The notes under the pieces: generated by a model
What the model was told of the DNA's origin: nothing
What the model saw: the letters and a program-made list of their open reading frames with translations, nothing else
Database searches by the model: none
Made by a program: the position numbers and the translations under genes
In this document: positions 50,042 through 63,692 of the stretch, piece by piece
Layout: each line of letters opens with the position of its first letter
Numbering within the stretch: position 1 is the stretch's first letter
Source of the DNA: Lytechinus pictus
Taxonomy: Eukaryota
Reading direction: 5' to 3'
Assembly (NCBI RefSeq): GCF_037042905.1
Contig: NC_087252.1
Location: 17,858,001-17,922,000, forward strand
Length of the DNA stretch: 64,000 nucleotides

Positions 50042-51848
50042 CAGTGCGTCCCAAAAAAAACTATACACTTTTGAAATTGCTGCCAAATAAAAAAATATAG
50101 CACTTTGGGGGAAATAACTCATAGATATGGAAAGCCAATAACGTCAACTTTCAAGTGACACCAAAAAGTTGGAAAACTATTCATGCTTGAGCGAGCACTG
50201 CCCACTGAAACAAAGGGTATGAAAATTAGGGTTGGCCGGAATTAGCCTTCCAATTTCTTTCAGGTTTTTTGTTTGGTACTTGCAAAGTTGAGGGTTATTT
50301 GGTGAATTAAAGATCAGTTGTGATCAGTTTGTTGTTTTTGAAAATTTAATGCGTTATTAAATTGAATTTATTACATTGAAATGTAATGCATGGGTGATCG
50401 TGAATTGCAATTTTTAGTGCAGCATTTTGTCTTTATCATGTGGATCTCAACAATGTGTTTATGAAAGTCAGGAGAAGAGGGGGTAATATGACTTAGGTGG
50501 GTGAAGTACATTGATGGGATAAAGGTCAACATAACATTTAGCAACCCCTCCCTCCATCTCAACCCCCCTCCCCCGCTTCTCTCCTCCTCGGACACTAAGC
50601 TCGGCTAGGCTGGGCAGGAATTAGCCTTACAGTTTGTTTGAGTGGTTAGTCCTTGCGAACTTGCTAAGCTAAATTAATGAGTGAGATAAGTTTTGGTTTC
50701 TTAGGCAAATTTCATGAGTTACTAAATTGAAATTTAATGCATGAGTGAACAGGAATTGAAATTTTAGTGTAGCATATTCATCTTGTGGACCTCAGAAGTG
50801 TGTTCGTGAGAGTCAGAGTAATGTGATGGTACCTGTTACAAGCAAGAGGGCGAGATATGCTAAGACTTGGTTAAAAGGGCATTCCTCTTCTTTTTGTCCT
50901 TTTACAAATGTCATAATTATGTACCCTCCCCTCTTCACCTCCATTTCCCAGCCCCCCCCCCCCTCTCTGTCTCACTTCCTGGATTGTAGCCTATTCAAAA
51001 CTAAGCTGCCAAGTGACCGATGGCTGATGGTCACTTTTTTATTGAATTATTACCAAGAAATTTAATGATTATGATGATTAATGAAATAATTTATTGAAAA
51101 AAAAACTGAATGTTTGATTGATCACATTGCACATTGAATGAGTTGATTTACTGATAAATTGTTGATGAAATGATTGAAAGGAAAAAGTTGATGCCCCAAT
51201 TCAGAATTGATCATTAAATCAACATTCCGCTCTGGACTTCAAGCGTCCATGACAATAGCCATCAGTCTCTCAACAGGAGGGGAGGGCGGGAAAGAGAGAG
51301 GGGGCGGGGGCTGAATGTTCTGTTGACCCTTATTCCATCAACCTACTTCTCCCACTTAAGTCCTATCTCATCCCCTATTCTCCCGACTCCCATCATGAAC
51401 ACACTGCTGAGATCCACATGATAAAGTTGAAATGCTGCCCAAAAGGAGATCCAAATGATAAAGTTGAAATGCTGCCCCCAAAGTGTAATTTGTGTTCACT
51501 CATGCATTAAAGTTCAATTTAATAATTTATAAAATTTGCATAAGCAACCAAAACTGGTCACGGTTGATCATTAATTTATCACAACGCCCTTAACTTTGCA
51601 AGTTCGAAAGGATTTGCCTCTTAAAAACTGACATAAATTGGAAGGCTAATTCCAGCCCACCCTAATTTTCATACCCTTTGTTTCAGGGGGCAGTGCTCGC
51701 TCAAGCATGAACAGTTTTCCAAGTTTTTGGTGTCATTTGAAAGTTGACTTTATTGGCTTTCCATATATGTAAGTCTTTTTCCCCAAAATGTTATATTTTT
51801 TATTTGGCAGCCATTTCAAAAGTGTATAGTTTTTTTTGGGACGCACTG
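50042..51848. mobile_element. Tc1/mariner-like non-autonomous element with ~0.5-kb TIRs, copy-B specific
   Basis: TA|CAGTGCGTCCCAAAAAAAACTATACACTTTTGAAA ... TTTCAAAAGTGTATAGTTTTTTTGGGACGCACTG|TA. No transposase ORF. Confidence 0.9.
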
Positions 51849-52954
51849 TATATATATATATTAATTACAAGTGGTGTCCATTTCGTGCAGTTTTGTACAA
51901 AATTTCAACCAGCTGTTGCATTTTTTTTTTTTTTTTTCATTTTATATAGCATTTATGAAAAGTAATTATTATTATTAACAGGAATACCCACGAGAGAAAG
52001 GCTTTTATAAACGCTACCAATGAAATTAGACAATCTTAAAAGCAGTTGATTTCAAAACAAACGATTAAAAAGGGGAAATAATTGTGAGAGAAAACGTAGA
52101 GTTAACATGGAAATGGTCAAAACAAATGGATTGCAAGGATATGCATGGTCATAAAAAATATCATAGATAAATAAAACATGTATCAGGAAGGTAATGGGGC
52201 TTCCAAAGCAATGAATAAGAGAAACGAAAATGAAAAAAGAAGAAAGAAGGACAAAAATGGGATGAAATAAAAGGGGAAAGGAAACAAGTTATAAGATTGT
52301 TCATGTTGTTGACAAAACTGTTCGGACGAATATAATTTTTGAAAAGAATTTCAGGAATACTTCATGAGTCCTCAATAGTTATTTTATCACACTATCACAA
52401 TACTTTGTTTCTAGTTTACGTACTATTATTCTTTCTTGCCCTGCAGTAATTTAATTATCATCCAAACATATTGACATTTTATATTTTAAAGGAATTATTC
52501 ATTTTTTAAATTTTATTTTAAGAGTGATATCGGAGGTCATTGTCACCTCATTTTATTCTGAATTAGTTTCATAATAAGTCTTTATCGATTATCTTTATTC
52601 TTTTCATGCCTATTCGTAATTGCGGTTGCGTCAGTATCAAGTGATAATGACATACACCAATTTCCTTACTTACGCTTAATATTTACAGCCTGAGCCTTTA
52701 GTACGGTTTTTTTAATGTATTATTATGCTTTTTAACCTACGCGTTTCCATGACTACCATAATCAACCATAAATGATCTATTATTTCAATATTTTGTCTCT
52801 GTGAGTTTTGTATCCCTGCCGAAGACGCGAGGTTTGCGTCGAAAATGAAAAAAAACAACTTTGTGTTGGAACGTAATGCATACCACGCAAAGATGCACTT
52901 TTGGTCCCTGTTTTCTCTCCATCTAAATCAAACACACGTAACATACTATCGCCA

Positions 52955-53049
<95 letters not shown>

Positions 53050-53052
53050 ATA
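52955..53052. repeat. (TA)n microsatellite
   Basis: Direct reading. Others at ~17200, 21690-21756, 23398, 49989 and 53638. Confidence 0.95.
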
Positions 53053-54194
53053 TTTCATTTTAAACATTACCAATAAAGGATATGAATTATTTTATCAGTG
53101 TATAAAATATCATTACATAATTTTGCTGTTAAAGTGAAATGTGTCAAATTCAAAGGAATGGAATGACCACATTTATATGCTGTCAAGAGAAAAAAAAAGC
53201 ATTATGTTGGAATTTGAGGTAACTCGAGGCGGCAAACGTTGCATTGGAGGAATTCATTATTTACTCGAAATATATTGCTAAGGACGATGGGTAATTATTG
53301 ATTATTAAAATGATACATAAAGGATTCAACTAACAAATGTGTGCATTTTAAAAATGTTGTAAAAGATTGATCCGTGTCGTTTTTTACATGAATCATAATA
53401 CATATAGCCTCTGTTTTAAGAAGAACAGCTATCTGATATGCTGCGCTCTTTTCAAACGATAGAATGCGGTTAATTCAAACACGCTAGAAATAATATAGAG
53501 TATATATAATTATTTGAGTATATCTATATATGATCAATGACGCCTTGTAATATATACACTTGCAAAATATTATAATCTAGCTACCTGGTGTAAGTTCATG
53601 TTCGTGTAAGAATTAATCTATCATAATTCTACGAGGTATATATATATATATATATATATCGAAATAATGTACCAGTCTCATCTATTTTAACAACTGAACC
53701 CTATATACTCAGAATGAGATAACTGACAAAGAAAGGTGATTCGTGAAAAAAATTACTGTCATTTTCGTGCATATTATATGAAGATAAATTCGATGATCTA
53801 TGCAAGTCGCTGATATACAGAATACAAAACAGTGGGGAAAGAATGGCACCCTGAGGAATTCCACAATTTGTATTTCCCAGTTCTTACACGTGATTTTTAT
53901 AACTGCATACATAGGTTTATAATCCACTTTTTTAGATAATAAATCATTTCTTCCTTCTGGGAAACTTCGCATTCGTATTCATTTACAAAGTGTAGCTGGA
54001 ACGAAAGATGAAGATTGATTATCTATTTGTCGTAGTGATGTTAGGTGAACATGCTGAACGTGCGTGATGTTCAGAAAGATGCATGTATGTCATGTATGTG
54101 GATGGTGGACATGAAAATGGCTGTGATAATTGTGATATTGGTGACGGTGTTTGTCATGGCGACCATGCTGAAGGACTTGATGGCAAAAGCTGAA

Positions 54195-54440
54195 CACTGC
54201 TAAAACGCTGGTGTTAATGTAAAACCTTCCTGGTATCTATTCCGGTCCACACCAGAGAGGTGTTGAAATAACACCGGTTTGGCGTTAGGCTAACACCAAT
54301 TTGGCATTTAAGCAACACCAATTAGTATTAAACCAATATCGGTTTGATTCTTAACTGGTCACATTGTTTCAACGCTTCTCTGCTTTGGACCAATATAGAT
54401 ACCGGGCCGGTGTTAAATCAACACCGGTGTTTTGGCAGTG
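54195..54440. mobile_element. CACTG-ended MITE, paralog of 23970-24215
   Basis: CACTGCTAAAACGCTGGTGTT...AACACCGGTGTTTTGGCAGTG. Confidence 0.75.
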
Positions 54441-56588
54441 TACTAATGGTGGCAATGATAATAAGTATATAGATAATAGTGGTAGTGTCGATGGTCGTGG
54501 TGATGACGATAGCAATGATGGTGACAGAGGTGATGGTGGAGAATAAGCTGATAGTGAAAATGTTGGTGATGTTGATGGTGATATAATTGTAGATGATAGT
54601 GAAATAGTTATGATGTTGATGATGGTAATGGTGATGATGGAGATGATAGTTAAAATCGTGGTGATATTGATGATGGTGTTATTGTGATGGAGCTGATCGA
54701 GAATATGGTGATGTGATATTGAAAATATTACTGGTAATGTTTCCCGTTCTGTGGGGGGGGGGCTGAAATAGTGCGAGTCGATGTTAGGTGGTGTATATAC
54801 CTGGCATAATGTGTCCGGCAAGGAATGAGGAACGGGATGAGAGGAGGAGGAGGGATAGGGGACAGAGATGGGACGTTCAAAATTATGCATGGGATGTCAA
54901 TTTTATTCAGCTATACAAGGAGCTGGGACATTTTTTTTTCATGTTTTGGCAGGAGGCCAGGTCAGATGGCCTACTGTTATGTTAAAAATGTTGTGAACAT
55001 TAAACATAGCTTCCGTTCTGGTAAGCGAAGGCAGGAAGGAAGCCAACCAAAAAGTTTCCTCTCAATGACAGTTACAAATCATGGATTTTCTTTCTACCGT
55101 TCTGAGTAGTTACATTTTTGTATAAGTCAATGTTGAAGGGTTATCCAGGCTGAGAGTAAGGTAATTTGAATAGCCAGATTAATTCCAAAAAAAGAGCAAA
55201 AACTCTAACAAGTATTAAAATCAGGTAACGAAAGACGAAGATAATAATGGCATTAGAAAAATTTCATTAATCTGGTGAAATAATTACGATTTAATATAAT
55301 GACATAAAAGGGTAAGTTCGGATGTGAAATCATCATCAGCCCAGTTGCATATCCATGAAATCACACGTAAAATTGTTTTACGAAAAATATGGAAGTGTAC
55401 ATTTAAAGTTACGTGTAAGTTTGTTTACTTTTACCGGAAAGTTAATGACAATGAAATATTTTGCTTGTGTAATCCTTGATTTTTAGCCTTTCATTACCCT
55501 TCAAATTTGGCGTCAGTTTATTTATTTCAGTGCTTTGAAAATGACAACTAGAGGAAATACAATCGAGAAAAAATCGCACTTGCTATTCCAAATATTATGA
55601 AAATAATTAATATGATAAAATTATTTTATATTTACCAACCATTTTCTTTGCATCACACTTGCCGCATACCCCTCCACGAAAAACAATTATTATCGTGCGC
55701 GACAAATTACATCATGATTCCGGACGCGCGCCGGACGGGTAAAGATATCCTTGATTATAATGATGTAAGAACAAATTTCTGTGATTTTTTTCTTCTTATA
55801 TCATATCATGAATAAATTCTAACTTTTTGTTTGCTTTTTTTATATCGAATCTGAGCAGATGTTGGTAATAAATTCGTGTTTGATAACTTAATTAATTTTT
55901 TTATTTCTTGGTTAGCTGCATGTTTCATGGCACTTTCCAGTGCTCGTTCGTATCGTGACGCTCATCAAGTTCTATCAATGCGCTGCCGATCGTCGACGGC
56001 TCTACTCACGGTAAACCTCGCGCACGGTACCTTGAGAACTAGCCGTCGACGATCACCCACAATACACATCACCTCATCATTCGATCGAAGGAGCCGACGA
56101 GATTGAAATTCGGCAAATCAGGCCCATATTTCCGTTAGAAAATATATCAATTGTTAATGCAAAACTATGTTATATGATATTTTAAGCATTTTCTGTCATT
56201 TTAGAGATAAATAAGGTAAAAGTTTGATTTTTTCGCCTTGTTTTTGCAATCTTGTTCTATGTATTGATCTGTGAAAATGAATTGCGGAGGTCTTACGGTA
56301 CGAAATTGTTTTCGAACGCATTTATATGCCCGTCCGGAATCACAATAGTGTCCGGTAATACAATACGTGACTATACATATAAACACCCCGGCCACCCCCT
56401 TTCTCTTCCACCGCTGATTTCGAAGGAAGGTTAAAAAAGGAGCTTTAAAACAACAATTTTTCTTGGAGATGTTTGAATGACCATTTCTAATCAAAAGTCA
56501 GTATTATTAGATTGTTGTTTGTGACATTTCAGAATTCACTCTCTCTCCTGATTAATAACCATATATCAATTTTCTTTAAAAATGCAGT

Positions 56589-57590
56589 GAAAACGCCAGT
56601 AAAATATGTGTATACCCTCAGCATGACATTGTGCATGTATCGTCAATTTGTAAAATACAGGACGGATGTTAATACAATACAAAACTTGTTCGGGGCAGGA
56701 CAACAAAATTCTCTGAAATCAACATTGGCATTGCACATGCATCATTCAACGGTGATGCAGATTTCTGAATTATTTTATTAGGAGGCAAAGTAACATGCTA
56801 AGCTAGTGAGCCTGGTGAATATTTCTTAAGTGGGAATGTTAGTAGCCATGAGAGACGTATTTCAAATTTTATAATTTCACTCCTCCAATCTCACTTTCAA
56901 AATCTAAAAAAGTTCCCTCCTAATAACCATCTCTCTTTCTAGTTTCTTCAACGAAAACTAACCACTAGAAAAATGCTTTCTTATGGATCAAATCAAGGAA
57001 CTTTGCACTATTTCTGCCGATGAAAATGTACCTTATTTGAACTGTTAGCAAGGAGTTACTAGGAACTCCTTTGTCTAAGCAGTGAAGTGCATTGCAGATA
57101 TTTTTGGACACTGAGTCGAAATATTCAACTTGAAATAATTATTTTTGTCATTTCTGATGATGTCGAGAACAAGGACCAAAGCTAACAGGACAGACTTGTC
57201 ATCGTACATACAAGAATACTAAGAAGCTTTCGCAACTGGAATGGGGACGGATTTAAGAACACAGCGAAATCAATGAAAATTTCCGTCAAATTTCCGTCAA
57301 AGTATGATTGGAAGGTCATTGTACTGGTGACTGCTGTTGATCTTAAAGAAAAAGAAGCAGTGATTGAAATTTTAAAAAGGATGCAAACTAAGTTGTTTGT
57401 CAAGAATCCAGGACGAAACTTTTTTGTTTCATTCAACAATTTCGACCGAGACTTGATTGTCATTAATGGTGTTTCACAATACATTATTTATGTTCTTGAA
57501 TTCGTCGTGCGTCGTAGAATCGAAACTCTCTACTGTAGCCCTTCAACTACCAATAGGCTTACTTCCAAATCAACTTCTATCAGGGCGTAG
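56589..57590 (+). pseudogene. Paralog of the decayed gasdermin-like/SAM-like frame (copy B)
   Basis: Highly similar to 25812-26849. Shares most stops, has extra small indels and lacks the poly-Glu segment. Confidence 0.45.
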
Positions 57591-58140
57591 AATTTTAAAG
57601 TGAATTGTATACATTTTCCATTAGCTAATACAATTGAAATTGATGAATGATATTAGGATGATAGCCCTATTTAGCGGCATTAATCACGGTGATGCTGGTG
57701 TACAGAGGGGGACTCTGGAATAAACCCAAAACCGTTCTTTGTCTTCCACCAAGGTGACCGAAAAACAAACTTACAAAAATACTACATGACTTGCACTGCG
57801 CTGCTAGTAAACGAATCCGAATAAAAAGAAAGTGCGTGAGGAATTAGGCTCTGATTGCGGCTACACAGTGCTCGTTCAGGAAGCATTATATCTATAAAGT
57901 CAGCACTGATAGTAGAACCTGTAGCCCACTTGTAGGAAACATTTCGTAGAGAGAGTTTGAATCTCGTCAGTTTGACGCAGACAAATCCAAGATAAGATCC
58001 CAACGTCGGAAAATCAATGCAGATATTGACGACGCTGGTCAATACACAAGCCGAACCTGCTTTTTCTTCTGCGGCTGTGAGATCCCGAACGAAAAACTAA
58101 CGACGAAAGAGTCATAGATTCGAATTTGCGCTGTTTCTTA

Positions 58141-58251
58141 AGGGGCTTTCACAATTGCTCTTGCGATTGTTTGCGATAATTTGGTCACAATATATGTTGC
58201 ACACAATCGCAACGGTTGTAAGCAGTCGCACCACCAATTGTGAAAGGGGCT
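58141..58251. mobile_element. 111-bp PIF/Harbinger-like MITE, copy-B specific
   Basis: AGGGGCTTTCACAATTG / CAATTGTGAAAGGGGCT with TTA TSD. Empty site in copy A at ~27420. Confidence 0.85.
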
Positions 58252-58383
58252 TTACATTTATTACATTATACGTAGGCTAAGCTCCAAATGTTGCAGTGGT
58301 GAGACGACTGGACAATGTCCTCTGGCTCGTGCAGGAGGACACAAAGAAAATAATTGGTAAATTCGCAAACTATCACACTAAAA

Positions 58384-58807
58384 ATGAAGCGTACCAAGCC
58401 TGGGGATAACATTACATTATGTTGTAATTGGTAAAAACGAGAGAAGTTCCAAAATCAAAATCCATGAATATCTGACGAAGAAAGATTTGAACCTGTTAGT
58501 ACACTCAAGGAAGTAAAACGCGATTTCATTTAAAGAATTTGTACCGAGGATGGTAAGATAATCGAGAAGAATGTCATTGATGACCTTGATACCACAGCAA
58601 TAAGGTTCAGACACTCACTTTGTTATCAGAGGGTCGCATAGGCGACACTACAAACTTGAGCTTTAGGGCGACACAATACCTCCTCCGGGCTTCTCAGCGA
58701 ATGTATACAAAAACATGTTCTCATACAAAAAAAATCGGGCGTTCTGAGCAGATGTTGGGATCATTTTTGACATCTGTAATTATCATGATGACAACTACAT
58801 AATGTAA
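58384..58807 (+). pseudogene. Paralog of the second decayed frame (copy B)
   Basis: Highly similar to 27555-27973, with shared stops. Confidence 0.3.
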
Positions 58808-59823
58808 AGATTCTATCGCCAATATTTTGACCAACAAACAGAGTGTGCGATCAGAAACTTCCCTGTATACATTTTAACGGTTGTATAAATACACTTGACG
58901 GTAGACTGAACTACTCAACTTAAAAAATAATATTCATTCGAACTTCATAGAATAGGCTTAGTAGTCTGATGCATCATTGTATTTGAATGATGCTGAAAGT
59001 TTTGAATACATTACCAAACTATTCATGAATCATGTAAAGAAGTGGGTGGAGCTTGGATGTGTTTAAAATCTAGTTAAGTAGACATATAACGAAATATATT
59101 ATAGTATTTATGACTTACATTTTTCTATCGACCCTTTAGAAATGTTTTTCGAAGTCTTGTACATATACTTTGTATGTGATTTATAAGCAGTCAAAGAGAC
59201 ATATTCTGTACGAAGTCTAAATGAAATTTTACATCTGTTTTTTTCATGAACTTAATTATTGTTTTTCTACTTTTGGACTATAATCTGGACCTGTAGTCTG
59301 AAATGAATTCATGAATTTACCATCTCGATTTTTAGTTGCCTTTCTTAGCTTTTCTCTCCACCCAATTGTTTGTATTTGTTCGTGTGTTTGTTTGTTTTTA
59401 GATCATGTATCCGTCAATCAGTATACACAAACTGAACAGTCGTTTGCACAATATAAGCACTTTCTACACGACACAAATGATGTTAAAATTTACTCGTTTA
59501 CCGTATACAGGTAGCTGGTAGGACAAAAGAAAAGTACAAGAACTTCATTACACAATTCATTGCGTTGTATGATAAATATATTACAACTTCAAATGATGTT
59601 CAATAAGAATTGACTAATTATGACATGAAAACACTAAACAAAGAATAAATCAACCCATCCCTAATTATAATGATAACCAACGGAACCTCTTGCTACAAAA
59701 TGTTGCAACATCCGTTATAAGGTGGGGATTCCCAAACATAAATCATTCATCGTGAATATACATGTATCAAGATACTAAATATTTCAAATTAAATTGTACT
59801 ACTCTTTAGGACTATTTTGGAAT

Positions 59824-59855
<32 letters not shown>

Positions 59856-60001
59856 ATGATAATAATAATAATATTGATATTTATGCTACAACTGCTACTA
59901 CTTCTACTATTAATAGTATTAATACTACTTCAGCAAAAAAAAAACATTAACATCAAATTATATTACCATTGCTTCTAATACTACTATTACTTCTACTAAT
60001 A

Positions 60002-60040
<39 letters not shown>

Positions 60041-60589
60041 TAATACTACTACCGCTTCGTCCAAAGACCCTCCAGGTTTTGACGAAATGGTGCGTTAGGA
60101 GCGTCTGTTTGCCTCTTAATTGTTGACTGGAACCCCATCCTTAGTTGGTCTAATTCCCATTCTTACTAATCATCAAATGGTCTAAAATAAAATTAAATTT
60201 GTCTAATACAAATACGATGCACAAATCATTAACTTTGGTCCATTGTTTTTTTTTTTTTTTTTTTTTTACCACAGTTGGTAGTCTTGTTCTTCATTTTGTC
60301 ATTTGAGATATTAAACCAAACGATGTTAGACCATTTTGCCAACTGACTGTAGGCCAAGTGGTTATGAGCCGATTTAGACTAATGACTCTTTGATTCTGCT
60401 GTTGAAAAGGTTTAACATACATTCAAAACTCGGTGAAAAAGGGTTCCAACGCTTCCGTTTGGGCAAAGCCCGGGGGGTAGACAAATGGTTGGATTAGGAT
60501 AGAGATAGGGGCAAAAGTGCGCTAAATTGGTTTAAAAGTTATCATTCAAATAGAAGACAGCACACATCCCTTAACTTTTCTAAATGTGG

Positions 60590-60825
60590 TATACTATTTT
60601 TTATGGGAAGTACCACAGGGTTCTATTTTTGGTCCATTTTTATTTCTGATTTATATCAACGGCATGTACATGGTGCTAAACACATTAAATTACATATTTT
60701 TTGCGGATGACACAAGTATTTGTCTATCCCATCGTGATATTGATATCCTAGGAAGGACTCCTACACTTTTAAAACTATCTAGTGGGTTTCGAGGTAATAT
60801 GCTATCACCGAATGGAAGAAGATAT
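60590..60825 (+). mobile_element. CR1/L2 RT remnant, truncated
   Basis: VPQGSIFGPFLFLIYING...FADDT. Paralog of 37140-37370. Confidence 0.8.
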
Positions 60826-61069
60826 AGTAGTCTGTTTGGACAACTTCCGGTAGAGGGGATTAACATAGTTAATTATTAATGAATTATTAATAATTAGTTA
60901 ATTATTAATTGATTATTTGTTAATTATTAATTAATTATCAATTAGGTGTTTGTTGATATCGGTGAGGTCAAAAGCGAAGAGTCGTTATGGGGATGAACAT
61001 AATTAATTTTAAAATTTATGTTAGACAAAGCGGTCAAGTTGGACATGGATATTTTTTGGTAATGTGTGG

Positions 61070-61285
61070 AGAGTATGGATTGATGATGGGACAATAGAAT
61101 TAGGGGTGTGTGTTGGTCAAGTTCACTCTTGGTGGTTTTGGATGCAGGTAGATGTTTGCCAAGCAGCTCATCTGTGCGTGTGGAGGGTATGGATTGATGA
61201 TGGGACAATATAATTAGGGATGTGTTGGTCAAGTTCACTCTTGGTGGTTTTGGATGCAGGTAGATGTTTGCCAAGCAGCTCATCT
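61070..61285. repeat. ~115-bp tandem duplication
   Basis: GTATGGATTGATGATGGGACAATA...GCCAAGCAGCTCATCT occurs twice. Confidence 0.9.
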
Positions 61286-63011
61286 TTGGATAAAGCTAAA
61301 GCCAAGTAGTCTTCAAGACATCTGTAGGAAGCAATATTGTAGTTGCATAATTATGAAATAACGGTGACCTCGTGAAACACTTGGTTAAGGTGACCATAGG
61401 GATACATCATTGATTAGTGGCCCTCGATATGGTCATGAAGTTAGAGTGGTATAGGATTATTAGTTACACAGTGAATATAATTTCAGGGAGGGGGGTCGCT
61501 TACAATTTAACATTACTTTTTCCATGGTTTCAGGTAGGAAATAGCTGTCATTCAATCGGTACGTCTCATTCCGCCAGTTTGCCACCATCTTGGCGTTGTA
61601 GCGTCTACGGCGAAACATCAGCATCGTCATGATCATGGGGTTGTGCCTTGTGGGGGTAATAAGAGAATTTAGCTGGAATCCACTTCATTCCCTCATATTA
61701 TTCCAGCAGTGCGGCGTTGCGGCGTCTAACGGCGCCATGGGTTGCGGTATAGAAGGATCACAATTTACCATTTGGCAATGAGTTCGATCGATGAACTTTG
61801 GTGATTGAAGATATGATGTTAAATGTCGGTCCCAATTATAAACCATCATTTCTCATAGATACATGTCTGTAAAAACTGAAGTACAAACACTCACACACTC
61901 TAACAGAAACACACACTCTCTATTTATCCGATAGTGGGGGTTAACACTTCTTTCAATTATTTGTACCATGACCCTGCATGCCCCTCCGTTTATTTAAAAA
62001 ATCTTCAACCTCGAAAAAAAACAATATTCAGATCGAGTGTCAATTCAAAGAGCATGAATGTATCAATGTTGACGATAAAGGGCACTTTATCATTTGGAAT
62101 AATTTTTAATTCAATTTTGTATTTCCCGAGATCGAAGTTCAGGATATCTCATTTTTTATGGGAAATATATTTGCAGAGGGCACTAAATCGGATCAAATCG
62201 TCAAATTTTATGTTTGCAAGGATTTGATTTAATAAAACAAAAAAATAACTTTCACTCTTTTGAGATTGTTATGTTTTAGGAATGTTATTATTATTATTGT
62301 TATTACTATTGTTATTATTATTATTATTACTATTGCTATTATTATTATTATTACTATTGTTATTATCATTACTATTGTTATTATAATTACTATTATAAAC
62401 ACAAAACCTCAGTGCGACGCGATTTTTCAAGTGTCAATGTTTGCTGTGCCCCTGCATGCATTCATGCCCCTTTTCCGTTTATTTTCAAAATCCTTGAGGA
62501 AACATTTCATGTAGTTCCAATAACAGCAAGATTATCACAATGTTGACAGAGGGTATGAATGAACTATGACACTTCATGAAGAAGATGTTCAGAAAATCTA
62601 TCTCATTGAAAGAATTGTATTGCCAACAGATGGTTCGTGATGAACTATTACATTTATTATTTGGATAATGTGGCCAATAGATGGCGTTGCTATATCATTT
62701 TAGAATAAATTTATTTGGAAACTGTACTTTCAGAGAAGTTTAGAATATCTCCTTTACAGTAAAGTAACATTGCAGATAGAATTAAGGCGCTCAATCGCAT
62801 CGTCAAATCTGTAAATTTAATATAGGCCTACGATGTGACATGATTGAAAGCACTTCATTGCGGCGTACATTGCTCTGTTTTGACGGCGTTACGGCAATGT
62901 TACGGCGGCGTAAGTTGGCGCTAGTGGCGCTAAGGCGCATCTAACGGCAAAGTCATGAACACTGCGCCTCATGGCGTCATAGTTTGACAATACTCAGCAT
63001 GGTCAAAGCAA

Positions 63012-63046
63012 TATAAAGTGGTGATGCAAGTGTTGCACTGTCATTT
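63012..63046 (+). promoter_or_regulatory. TATA box plus initiator
   Basis: TATAAA at 63012 and TCATTT at 63041 (A is 31 nt from the TATA start), then CAACATG at the ORF start. Confidence 0.65.
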
Positions 63047-63071
63047 GCAAGCTTAACATCTTCAGATCAAC

Positions 63072-63692
63072 ATGAATACTCTCTCAAACCGATTTGCTTG
63101 TTCCTTATGCGATAAGACGTATAGTCGCAGGTTTGACGTGAAGAGGCACGAACAAACTGCGCATCGAGAAATGGAAACGGATGAGGAACCGAATGAAACT
63201 GAATCTGAGAATGAAGACTCCAGTGATAATGAAAATATCATAGAGGAAGATTCTAAAATGATAAAATCAGAAAGCAAAGAAGAAGACAATGGAGATCCTG
63301 AAGACAACCTGGTTTATCAAGAATGGTTCAAACTAGCTCTAGCAGCAACCGATGAGATGAGAAATGAAAAGTACGAAAAATATATCTCAAGGGGTATGAG
63401 TGAGGTAGAAGCTCAAGAGAATGCTCACACAACAGTTTTATGGGCAGTCAAACGAATCTTCTTCGACCACTACTCTTACTTCTTGCGACATAGCTTGTAT
63501 CTTGAAGAAGATGACACCAATCTTGACATTCTATCTGATATCAAAGAAAGAGTAGAGAATGGAATGGATATTCGGAAAGCAATTCAACGCGTGTTGGCCA
63601 GACACAGAACAAAGTTTGATGTCCTATTTCAATACCAGGAAGAAGAGAAGGATGAAGAAGAGATGGAAGGGACTGAAGAAACCGACAACTAG
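63072..63692 (+). CDS. 206-aa protein: N-terminal C2H2 zinc finger, acidic linker, helical domain, acidic tail (probable Polinton-type accessory gene)
   Basis: FACSLCDKTYSRRFDVKRHEQTAH is a canonical C2H2 finger. Uninterrupted ORF with good start context and promoter. Confidence 0.8.
   Translation: MNTLSNRFACSLCDKTYSRRFDVKRHEQTAHREMETDEEPNETESENEDSSDNENIIEEDSKMIKSESKEEDNGDPEDNLVYQEWFKLALAATDEMRNEKYEKYISRGMSEVEAQENAHTTVLWAVKRIFFDHYSYFLRHSLYLEEDDTNLDILSDIKERVENGMDIRKAIQRVLARHRTKFDVLFQYQEEEKDEEEMEGTEETDN

Larger units (their letters stand above)
40700..60825 (+). repeat. Segmental duplication, copy B
   Basis: Collinear with copy A. Homology stops abruptly at 60825. Confidence 0.95.

Noticed and set aside
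17870..60825. Whole duplication as uncollapsed haplotypes
   Set aside because: TRIM proteins differ by ~20% or more and the flanks are strongly diverged, too much for alleles. Only the central block could be allelic-level, which is noted as a caveat.
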